Assembly (NCBI GenBank): GCA_039679665.1
Contig: JBDKUJ010000136.1
Span: 1-25,854, forward strand
Source: Rectinema sp.
Lineage (GTDB): Bacteria > Spirochaetota > Spirochaetia > Treponematales > Rectinemataceae
Length of the DNA: 25,854 bases
Direction: 5' to 3'
The notes beneath the pieces were generated by a model. It worked only from the letters and a program-made list of their open reading frames with translations. It had not been told where the DNA came from and did no database searches. The translations under genes and the position numbers were made by a program. How positions within the stretch are numbered: position 1 is the first letter of the stretch; every line of letters begins with the position of its first letter. Shown piece after piece: positions 16,651 to 25,142 of the stretch.

Positions 16651-17673
16651 TCAGGCGAGGATTTTGCGGTCTTGGGGTACTTGGTCGAAATAAGCGGAAA
16701 AGGTGGACCTCATCGCCCCGATGTCGGGCGCCTTCGCGAGATTGGTCCTGAGGTAATGGGCAAAAGAAAAATTATCCGCATAGTAGGAAAAAAAACGTTT
16801 CGCGCTTTCGAGCCGCCATGCTTCGGGAAGCAAAGCTTCCGCGAGATCGAGGAAGTGCAGTCCGATCGCTTCTCCGTCATGTCGGGCATGAACATGGGGG
16901 TCGGATGGCGAAGCCCCCAAAAGCGCCGGCTCTCGAAGAGAGGCCGATTCTCGAAGAGAAGCGAATATCCAGGGCCGACGAGCGGCTTCGCGACCGATCA
17001 TGACGGCGGCCGGCTTTTGGACGGAAAACATGCGCGCAACATCGGCCGGACTTCGCAAGTCTCCGTTGCCGACCACCGGAATCGACAGGTCGGAGGCGAG
17101 GACGCCGATGAGGTCAGGATTGGCGGCGCGGCGGAACCTTTGCGCATCGGTACGCGGATGCAGCGTGAGAAAATCGAGGCCGGCGTCGGCAAGGCGGCGG
17201 CAGTAGGCCAGAAGCCGTTCGGGGTTGTCGTCCTCGCCCGAGCGGAGTTTGGCGGAAAGGAGGCCAGGCCAGGCTGCGCGCGCGGCGGCGATCAGGCGCA
17301 CTGCGCCTTCGGGATCGGCGCTCCAGGCCGAGCCGCCTCCGGAACGTCGAATTTTCGGAGCCGCACAGCCGAAGTTTATGTCGACGCCGCGCGGGCGGGA
17401 CCCATCGGGCAGGCCGGCAAGGCGGCGGCAGGCCTCGGCCAGCCGTTCGGGGCGCTTTGCGAAGAACTGGACCGATGTGGCGTCCGGATCGGGCGCAGTA
17501 TCGATGTAGATCGGGTCTTCGGGCCCGCCCGAGAGGAACCCCTCGACGCCGGCCATTTCGGTGAAGGCATAGTCCGGAGGACCCAGCTCCGAAACGAGAG
17601 TGCGGAATGCCCGGTTGCTGATTCCGACCATGGGGGCGAGGAGGAGAGAACCGTCGGCAAAGGGTCGATTCAT
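16651..17673 (-). CDS. dus: tRNA-dihydrouridine synthase (Dus family)
   Basis: LAPMVGISNRAFR, DINFGC with the catalytic Cys, LSAKLRSG, LTLHPRT, VVGNGDL and VMIGR..RRPWIF. Confidence 0.9.
   Translation of the reverse strand: MNRPFADGSLLLAPMVGISNRAFRTLVSELGPPDYAFTEMAGVEGFLSGGPEDPIYIDTAPDPDATSVQFFAKRPERLAEACRRLAGLPDGSRPRGVDINFGCAAPKIRRSGGGSAWSADPEGAVRLIAAARAAWPGLLSAKLRSGEDDNPERLLAYCRRLADAGLDFLTLHPRTDAQRFRRAANPDLIGVLASDLSIPVVGNGDLRSPADVARMFSVQKPAAVMIGREAARRPWIFASLRESASLREPALLGASPSDPHVHARHDGEAIGLHFLDLAEALLPEAWRLESAKRFFSYYADNFSFAHYLRTNLAKAPDIGAMRSTFSAYFDQVPQDRKILA
16931..16959 (-). repeat. 18-nt-period duplication in dus (ASLRES/ASLREP)
   Basis: TCTCGAAGAGA occurs at 16931 and 16949 on the + strand. 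Confidence 0.75.
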
Positions 17674-17849
17674 TGCCGCGGATTGTAGCGGCCGGGGCTA
17701 TGAGGCGCAATGACCGTTCTCTTCGGGAATTGACTGAAGGGCGGTATATGGTGTATGTATATCCAACGCGATGCCCCGATTCGGACCCCTGTCCGGGGAT
17801 GAGTACGTCCAAAGGGGGGTCCACCTACGATTTTCCGGGAGGAACTTTT

Positions 17850-18101
17850 GTGAGCGTAAAGATCAGGCTCAAGAAATTCGGCGCCAAAGCCAGGCCTTTT
17901 TATCGCATCGTCATCATTGATTCGCGCGCCGCGCGCGACAGCCGTACTATCGAAGAGATCGGTCTATATCACCCCATCGAGACCGAAGACAAACAGCTCA
18001 AGATCGATGAGGAAAGGGCCAGACATTGGCTTTCCGTGGGCGCCCAGCCCTCCGACACTGTCCGCGCTCTCCTCAACCGGAAGAACATCCACGTAAAGTG
18101 A
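17850..18101 (+). CDS. rpsP: 30S ribosomal protein S16
   Basis: MSVKIRLKKFGAKARPFYRIVIIDSR...IEEIGLYHP...WLSVGAQPSDTVRALL. GTG start with a GGAGG SD. Confidence 0.97.
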   Translation: MSVKIRLKKFGAKARPFYRIVIIDSRAARDSRTIEEIGLYHPIETEDKQLKIDEERARHWLSVGAQPSDTVRALLNRKNIHVK

Positions 18102-18138
18102 GCCCGGGTTTCATGCCCGAGCCGTGGAGGTCCTCCAT

Positions 18139-18387
18139 ATGAAGGAAATCGAAGTGGAACGTGATCTCGTCGAATATATCGTCAAGTCTCTGGTCGACGA
18201 CCCTGAAGCGGTGCAGATCAATGTCATCGAAGGGGAAAAGTCGACCATTCTCGAACTGAAGGTGGCCGAAGCCGACGTCGGCAAGGTGATCGGCAAACAT
18301 GGCCGCATCGCCAAAGCCATCAGGACCATTCTCTCCGCATCCGCAGGCGCGCAGGACAAGCGCGTGATGCTGGAGATTCTGGACTGA
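18139..18387 (+). CDS. khpA: KH-domain RNA-binding protein KhpA
   Basis: DLVEYIVKSLVD...DVGKVIGKHGRIAKAIRTIL (GxxG KH motif), in the canonical position after rpsP. An alternative GTG start lies at 18154. Confidence 0.93.
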   Translation: MKEIEVERDLVEYIVKSLVDDPEAVQINVIEGEKSTILELKVAEADVGKVIGKHGRIAKAIRTILSASAGAQDKRVMLEILD

Positions 18388-18416
18388 AGCGCCCTCATGC
18401 GGGGGCGCGGGGCGGA

Positions 18417-19034
18417 GTGATGGGAAAATCCCCGGAATCGCCGGCCGGCCGGCCAGGCGGCGACCAAAAGCGTGATAACCCCAAGGACGAAGGCGCTTTG
18501 ATCGCTGTCGCCCGCCTCGGAGCGCCGCGTGGCGTATCGGGGCACTTGAAGCTCCACAGCTTTTCGGGCGAATTCGCCCACCTGGCTCTCCTCAAAGAAG
18601 TACTGCTCGCGCCGGGAACGCCTGAGGCATCCGGCAAGTCCGCTGCCCCGGGTGTTCCCGTCGCCCGCAAAAAGGTGATCGTCCATTCGATGGAATCGGG
18701 CGAATGGGGCATCAGCTTCCAGTTCGAAGGATACGACAGCCCGGAAAAGGCGCGCGTCCTGACCGGGATGGAAATACTCGTGCCCCTGTCGGAGGCGAGC
18801 CCTCTTCGCGAAGGGGAATGGTATATTTCCGATCTGATCGGCCTTGCTCTGACTTTTGAAGGCAAAAAGGTCGCCGAAATCAGGAGCGTACTGGACGGTG
18901 CGGCCGATCCGCTGCTCGAGTGCCGGCTTCCCGACGGGAAAGCCGTTCTCATACCCTTCCGGAAAGAGTACATCGGCGAAGTGGATCTCGGGCGAGGGAA
19001 CATGGAACTACTGTACGACTGGCTCCTCGAATGA
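18417..19034 (+). CDS. rimM: Ribosome maturation factor RimM
   Basis: VARLGAPRGVSGHLKL, F.GYDSPEKARVLTG, EGEWYISDLIGL and VLIPFRKEYIGEVDL. The start position is uncertain. Confidence 0.92.
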   Translation: MMGKSPESPAGRPGGDQKRDNPKDEGALIAVARLGAPRGVSGHLKLHSFSGEFAHLALLKEVLLAPGTPEASGKSAAPGVPVARKKVIVHSMESGEWGISFQFEGYDSPEKARVLTGMEILVPLSEASPLREGEWYISDLIGLALTFEGKKVAEIRSVLDGAADPLLECRLPDGKAVLIPFRKEYIGEVDLGRGNMELLYDWLLE

Positions 19035-19834
19035 AAATCACCGTCCTGACGCTGTTTCCGGAAATCCTTAAAGGTTTTTTCGAAGCGTCGATCATGAAAC
19101 GTGCCGTCGAACGCGGCCTCGTGTCCTACGAACTTGTGGACATCAGGGATTACGCGATCGACAAACACCACAAATGCGACGATGAAGTATTCGGCGGGGG
19201 CGCAGGCATGCTCATGCTGCCGGGACCTCTGGGCCGCGCTCTCGAAGCCGCGGGTTCGGCGGTGAAGCTCGATCCTTCCATTTCTGTGGCGGGCGCTCCG
19301 AGAACCATATTTGTGACGCCGTCGGGCCGTCTGCTGAACCAGGCGATGGCGGGGGAACTCGCCACCGAAAAACATCTGATCCTTGTCTGCGGGCGTTACG
19401 AAGGGATCGACCAGCGCGTGATCGACCGTTACGTCACTGACGAAATCTCCATCGGCGACTACGTGCTTTCGAGCGGAGAGGTCGCGGCGATGGTTCTGGT
19501 GGACGCGGTGTACAGACTCGTGCCGGGTGTGATTTCCGGCGAATCGCTTGAAGAGGAGAGCTTCGGTTCGGGTATCCTGGAGTATCCCCAGTATACACGC
19601 CCGGCCGATTATGATACTATGAAAGTCCCTGCGGTCCTGACCTCGGGGAATCACGCACAAATCGCCCGGTGGAGGCTCAAGGCTGGTCTTGCGAAGACCC
19701 TTGCCTACCGCCCCGAGCTTCTTGCGCGGACCGAGCTCCCCGATGAGGCGAAGCGGCTCCTGCGCGAACTGATGGATGAAGGGGGATTTCATGAACCTGG
19801 TACAGCAGATACAGGCCGAACAGATCAAGAGTGA
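19031..19834 (+). CDS. trmD: tRNA (guanosine37-N1)-methyltransferase TrmD
   Basis: MKITVLTLFPE, DDEVFGGGAGM, CGRYEGIDQRV, SIGDYVLSSGE, LEYPQYTRP and VPAVLTSGNHA. ATGA overlap with rimM. Confidence 0.98.
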   Translation: MKITVLTLFPEILKGFFEASIMKRAVERGLVSYELVDIRDYAIDKHHKCDDEVFGGGAGMLMLPGPLGRALEAAGSAVKLDPSISVAGAPRTIFVTPSGRLLNQAMAGELATEKHLILVCGRYEGIDQRVIDRYVTDEISIGDYVLSSGEVAAMVLVDAVYRLVPGVISGESLEEESFGSGILEYPQYTRPADYDTMKVPAVLTSGNHAQIARWRLKAGLAKTLAYRPELLARTELPDEAKRLLRELMDEGGFHEPGTADTGRTDQE

Positions 19835-20165
19835 GCTTCCCGTTTTCAACGTGGGCGACACGGTCCGTGTCAGCTTCAAGATCGTAGAAGGCAAGACCGA
19901 GCGCATTCAGGCCTATGAAGGCCTCGTCATTGCGATGAAAAATGCCAACGTCAGCAAGACTTTCACCGTGCGCAAGACTTCCTACGGCGTAGGCGTCGAG
20001 CGTGTGTTCCCCCTGAATTCACCGCGCGTCGAAGACGTCACCGTCCTTCGTCCCGGCAAAGTCAGAAGGGCCAAGCTCTATTACATCCGCACCAAGGTCG
20101 GCAAGAAGTCGAAGGTCAAGGAGTTCATCTCCACCAAAAAACCTGCCGAAGCTCCGAAGGCGTAA
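19791..20165 (+). CDS. rplS: 50S ribosomal protein L19
   Basis: FNVGDTVRVSFKIVEGKTERIQAYEG...FTVRKTSYGVGVERVFPLNSP...GKVRRAKLYYIR. Confidence 0.98.
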   Translation: MNLVQQIQAEQIKSELPVFNVGDTVRVSFKIVEGKTERIQAYEGLVIAMKNANVSKTFTVRKTSYGVGVERVFPLNSPRVEDVTVLRPGKVRRAKLYYIRTKVGKKSKVKEFISTKKPAEAPKA

Positions 20166-20236
20166 GTTCGCAGGAACCGGAATCCTGCCGGAGTCTTCGG
20201 CTTCAGCAGGATCGAAACACGATATACCGATTAGTG

Positions 20237-20266
20237 GCCGTCCAGCTTACTGGACGGCTTTTTTTT
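20237..20266 (+). terminator. Rho-independent terminator of the rpsP operon
   Basis: GCCGTCCAG-CTTA-CTGGACGGC, a perfect 9-bp stem followed by T8. Confidence 0.92.
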
Positions 20267-20321
20267 CCGATTTTTGATCCATAATTCAATCGATGCGGCC
20301 TTTTATGCGCGTCATATCAGC

Positions 20322-20690
20322 ATGACTACTCAGGCGCGGGCGGTTTTGACGGGAAGGGCAGGGGAAGAGCGGGTCGCAAGGCTGCTTGTCGACGAAGGCT
20401 GGTCCATCGAGGCCCGGAATTTCAGGCGTGGACCGGGCGAGCTCGACATCATCGCCCGAAAAAAGGACCTTGTCGCCTTCATCGAGGTGAAAACATGGCC
20501 ACGGGGGAGGGCGATCGACCTCGAAAGAGCGCTGAACGGCAATAAAAGACACCGTATCGTCGAAACGTCTAAAATTTTCCTCGCCTTGCATCGACAATAT
20601 AGTGAGGCCAGAGTACGATACGACGTTTTCCTCCTTACGGCGGACGGTTCGGTCGAGCGATTCGAAGAGGCCTTTACCGGAGAACCATGA
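20322..20690 (+). CDS. yraN: YraN family (UPF0102) putative endonuclease
   Basis: GRAGEERVARLL..EGWSIEARNFR..PGELDIIA......FIEVKT...RYDV. Confidence 0.9.
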   Translation: MTTQARAVLTGRAGEERVARLLVDEGWSIEARNFRRGPGELDIIARKKDLVAFIEVKTWPRGRAIDLERALNGNKRHRIVETSKIFLALHRQYSEARVRYDVFLLTADGSVERFEEAFTGEP

Positions 20691-20938
20691 AGCAGCATTC
20701 AAGGTCGGCCCGATGCGGAACGCAGGATTGGGCCGGTTCTGCCCGGGGGGATGGCGCGATGCTGGATGGCGCGCTGATCGACGCATGCAGGGAAGCCGAT
20801 CCCGAATGCGCGGCGCGGCTCGACGAGTTGCGCGGCAAGATAGCCGACACGGGGTATGTGGAAGGGGCGGTCACCATGATCGCTTCCTTCCTTTCGGCGC
20901 GCTACGGCAAGGGGAAATCCAATGACCGACGAGCATAA
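20687..20938 (+). CDS. Small hypothetical protein (83 aa)
   Basis: ATGA overlap with the yraN stop and a 17-nt overlap with the next start. It fills the gap exactly. No recognisable family. Confidence 0.5.
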   Translation: MKQHSRSARCGTQDWAGSARGDGAMLDGALIDACREADPECAARLDELRGKIADTGYVEGAVTMIASFLSARYGKGKSNDRRA

Positions 20939-21419
20939 GGAAGAGGGGCAGAGCCCGGGCAATCGCAGGCCCGGAAGGGGAAGGCATTTCAGGTCCCACA
21001 GGCAGGGGGAGGCGCTCCGCAGGCCGGAAAAACCGGAAGGCGGCCAGCCATGCCAGGCGGGTCAGAATCCCGGTGCCAAGGGAGTTCCGGAGAGGGCGGC
21101 ACCGCAGCTTCGGCAGGCTCCGGCTTTCTCGTGCGCGCTTTGCGAAAAGCCCATTTATGATCTCACCGGTGCACTTTCGGACAAGGATAGCGGACTGCCC
21201 GTACATTTCGACTGTGCCCTGGAAAGGGTGAGCGCCGCGGAAACCCTCCTGCCGGGCGAAAAAATCGCGTACCTCGGCTCGGGCTGTTTCGGTGTCGTGA
21301 CGGCTACCGGCGATACGCCGGACGGCGCTTTCACGGTGATACGGCGCATACAGTGGGAAAAAGAAGGCGAAAAAAAAGACTGGCGAAAAATCCTCTCTTC
21401 CGGAATTACGCGTATCTAG
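20922..21419 (+). CDS. Hypothetical protein with a basic disordered N-terminus and a CxxC...HxxC putative zinc site
   Basis: CALCEKPI...PVHFDC motif, with an AAGGGG SD-like sequence upstream. Confidence 0.75.
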   Translation: MTDEHKEEGQSPGNRRPGRGRHFRSHRQGEALRRPEKPEGGQPCQAGQNPGAKGVPERAAPQLRQAPAFSCALCEKPIYDLTGALSDKDSGLPVHFDCALERVSAAETLLPGEKIAYLGSGCFGVVTATGDTPDGAFTVIRRIQWEKEGEKKDWRKILSSGITRI

Positions 21420-21447
21420 ATACGCATATCCAGAACAGGAGAGAGCC

Positions 21448-21744
21448 ATGCACATCATGATCGTATCGATCAAAGTCAAACCCGAATGTCTGGAAGGTTT
21501 TCGGGAGGTCACTCTTGAAAACGCCCGCATGAGCCGGAAAGAACCGGGTATTTTCAGGTTTGAGCTTCTTGAGGACCGAAACGACCCGGCGCATTTTCTT
21601 CTGGTCGAAGGGTATCTCGACGACGAAGCGCCCGCCCGGCACAAAGAAACGAAACATTTTCTCGCGTGGAAGGAAACCGCGGAGCCGATGCTGGCGGAAG
21701 CCAGAACACGCTCATATTACGAACCGGTAGGGGAACCGGGCTGA
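21448..21744 (+). CDS. ABM-domain protein (putative quinol monooxygenase, LsrG/YgiN-like)
   Basis: MHIMIVSIKVKPE...F......SRKEPG..RFELLED..DPAHFLLVEGY.D..A...HKET.HF..W. AGGAG SD. Confidence 0.87.
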   Translation: MHIMIVSIKVKPECLEGFREVTLENARMSRKEPGIFRFELLEDRNDPAHFLLVEGYLDDEAPARHKETKHFLAWKETAEPMLAEARTRSYYEPVGEPG

Positions 21745-21760
21745 ACGGTTCTCCTACCGG
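21724..21760. terminator. 15-bp hairpin at the convergent ABM/serS junction
   Basis: CCGGTAGGGGAACCG pairs with CGGTTCTCCTACCGG (one G-U pair). The ABM stop codon lies in the 7-nt loop. Confidence 0.5.
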
Positions 21761-21781
21761 ACGGCTTCCCTACCGGACGGC
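21753..21781 (+). repeat. 13-nt direct repeat x2 (CCTACCGGACGGC, 16-nt period)
   Basis: Copies at 21753-21765 and 21769-21781. Confidence 0.85.
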
Positions 21782-21853
21782 ATGCAAAGGTAAATATTCG
21801 CCAACCCAAACAGTACACCAGACTGTAGGATTCCCCGGATACTCCGTACTCGC

Positions 21854-23128
21854 TCAGTTCCGGCGTATCTCCGAAAAGCCGCAATAGGACTGGAGGGCGG
21901 CGGGAATCGCCACCGACCCGTCGGCTTTCTGGAAGTTTTCGAGGATTGCGATGAGACCGCGCGAACAAGCCACTGCGGTGCCGTTCAGCATGTGTACGAA
22001 CTTGTTCTTGCCGTCATCGTCCTTATAGCGGATGTTGAGGCGACGAGCCTGGAAATCCGTACAATTGGAAGTCGAAGTGACTTCGCCGTACTCGCCGCCG
22101 TTGCGGCCAGGCATCCATGCTTCCAGGTCCCACTTGCGGTACGCCGGGGCGCCCAGGTCGCCAGTACAGGTGTCTACGACCCGGAACGGGATTCCCAGAC
22201 CGGCAAAGATTTCTTCTTCAATGAGACGTAATTCTTCGTGCATCGCACCGGAGTTTTCCGGCGTAGTGAAGGCGAACATTTCCACCTTGGTGAACTGATG
22301 CACACGGTAAAGCCCTTTGGAGAACTGGCCGGCCGCTCCCGCTTCGCGGCGGAAACAGTGCGAAACGCCGGCGAGCTTGAGCGGGAGTTTCGACTTGTCG
22401 AGTACCGAACCGGAATAGTAGCCGCCCAGGGTGATTTCGGCCGTGCCGATGAGGCAGGCGTCTTCGCCTTCGATGGTATAGACGTTCGATTCGGATCCGC
22501 GGGGATTGAAGCCGATACCTTCGAGGATTTCGATTTTCGCGACATCCGGTGTCTGGAAAATCGCGAAACCGCGCTTGAGCAGAATATCCAGGGCGTAACG
22601 CACGAGCGCCATCTCGAGGAGTACTGCTTCATTCTTGAGATAATAGAATTTGGTGCCTGAAACGCGGGTCGCGGTGTCGAAATCGATGAGATCGAGGTCC
22701 GCACCGAGCTGGACATGGTCCTTGGGCTCGAAATCGAAGCGAGTCGGTTCGCCGACGCGTTTTACCTCGAGATTATCTTTGTCTTCCTTGCCGCGCGGGG
22801 CGTCGGGATGTGCCATGTTGGGAATTCGGGACGCTTCCGCCGCGAGGCGGGTTTCCGTTTCGGCCAGTTCGGATTCGAGAGCCGCGATCCTGTCCTTGAG
22901 GGCCTTGCCTTCTTCGATGAGCCCCGCCCTGAGCGCGGGTTCCATTTTGCCCTTCATGGAAGCGGCGTTGTCGTTGCGCCGTTTGCGCTCGTCCTCTAGC
23001 GTACGGATGAGGGCGTTGCGGCGGTCGAAAAGTTCCACCACGAGATCGGCGTCGGCCTGCATGAAACGGTCGACGATGTTGCGCTTGACGGCGGCCAGAT
23101 TTTCCTTGACGAAACGGTGATCCAACAT
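21854..23128 (-). CDS. serS: Serine--tRNA ligase
   Basis: MLDHRFVKEN coiled-coil N-terminus, CLIGTAEITL, motif 2 HCFRREAGAAG...GLYRVHQFTKVE, EVTSTSNCTDFQARR and motif 3 HMLNGTAVACSR. Confidence 0.98.
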   Translation of the reverse strand: MLDHRFVKENLAAVKRNIVDRFMQADADLVVELFDRRNALIRTLEDERKRRNDNAASMKGKMEPALRAGLIEEGKALKDRIAALESELAETETRLAAEASRIPNMAHPDAPRGKEDKDNLEVKRVGEPTRFDFEPKDHVQLGADLDLIDFDTATRVSGTKFYYLKNEAVLLEMALVRYALDILLKRGFAIFQTPDVAKIEILEGIGFNPRGSESNVYTIEGEDACLIGTAEITLGGYYSGSVLDKSKLPLKLAGVSHCFRREAGAAGQFSKGLYRVHQFTKVEMFAFTTPENSGAMHEELRLIEEEIFAGLGIPFRVVDTCTGDLGAPAYRKWDLEAWMPGRNGGEYGEVTSTSNCTDFQARRLNIRYKDDDGKNKFVHMLNGTAVACSRGLIAILENFQKADGSVAIPAALQSYCGFSEIRRN

Positions 23129-23137
23129 AGTGGCGCA

Positions 23138-23166
23138 ATAGTATCGCGCCGGTCCTGGTCCGGCAA
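23138..23166 (-). promoter_or_regulatory. Putative serS promoter (near-leaderless)
   Basis: TTGCCG-17 nt-TACTAT, with the ATG 9 nt after the -10 and no SD. Confidence 0.55.
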
Positions 23167-23186
23167 TATGCCTGCGCATACATGTA

Positions 23187-23216
23187 TTGCCGCGCGCGCC
23201 GGGCCCGGAGTACCAT
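23187..23216 (+). promoter_or_regulatory. Putative prfA promoter (leaderless)
   Basis: TTGCCG-18 nt-TACCAT, with the GTG 7 nt after the -10. Confidence 0.5.
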
Positions 23217-23223
23217 CGCTTCC

Positions 23224-24294
<1,071 letters not shown>

Positions 24295-24296
24295 AG

Positions 24297-25142
24297 ATGA
24301 CCGTAGGCCGGTTGCTCGTCGAGGCAAAAGCTCGCCTGGCGGATAGCGATACACCCTATCTTGACGCAAGCCTCATTCTGGCGAACAGGCTCGGCGTTTC
24401 GCGCGAAACTTTGCTTGCACGGCTTTCCGAAGAGTGCGAAGCTCCCCGCGGTTTTGAAGAAGATCTTGCGCGCAGGGCTCTTGGCGAGAGCGTAGCGTAC
24501 ATACTGGGGCGCAAGGAGTTTTTCGGGAGGGAATTCCGGGTGGACGGCAGGGTTCTCGTGCCCCGTCCCGATACTGAAATCCTCGTCGAGGCCGCCCTCG
24601 AGTGCGGAAGCACGCTGTCTCCCTCGGGGTCCTTGCGTGTCCACGATCTGTGCACCGGTTCTGGCGCGGTCGCGCTGAGCATCGCCGCCGAAAAGCCGGG
24701 ATGGTCCGTCTCCGCCTCGGATATTTCGGCCGATGCGCTCGCTGTCGCTTGCGCCAACTCCGTTGCGCTTCTCGGGCGCGAAATTCCGCTTCTGCAGTCC
24801 GATCTCTGCGAAAGGCTCGAAGGGCCTTTCGATTTGATCACGGCCAATCCTCCCTACGTGAGCGAAGCGGAGACCGGGGCTCTGCTTGCGAAAGGCTGGC
24901 GCGAGCCGGAACTCGCGCTCGACGGGGGCGGAGACGGCCTCGATATCGTGAGGAGACTCGTGCCTGGCGCGCTTCGCGTACTGGCGCCGGGAGGGATTCT
25001 ATTGATAGAAGCGGACGGCTCGCAGGCGGAAACCATTCATGCTATGCTGGAGAACGTCGGCTATGAATCGATCCGCGCATGGAAGGATCTCGCCGGCTTT
25101 GCAAGGGTGACCGGAGGCTCGAGACCATGGACGACAAGCTGA
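24297..25142 (+). CDS. prmC: Release factor glutamine methyltransferase PrmC (HemK)
   Basis: AYILGRKEFFG, VLVPRPDTEILVE, DLCTGSGAVALS, NPPY and ALDGGGDGLD. Lies directly downstream of prfA. Confidence 0.96.
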   Translation: MTVGRLLVEAKARLADSDTPYLDASLILANRLGVSRETLLARLSEECEAPRGFEEDLARRALGESVAYILGRKEFFGREFRVDGRVLVPRPDTEILVEAALECGSTLSPSGSLRVHDLCTGSGAVALSIAAEKPGWSVSASDISADALAVACANSVALLGREIPLLQSDLCERLEGPFDLITANPPYVSEAETGALLAKGWREPELALDGGGDGLDIVRRLVPGALRVLAPGGILLIEADGSQAETIHAMLENVGYESIRAWKDLAGFARVTGGSRPWTTS

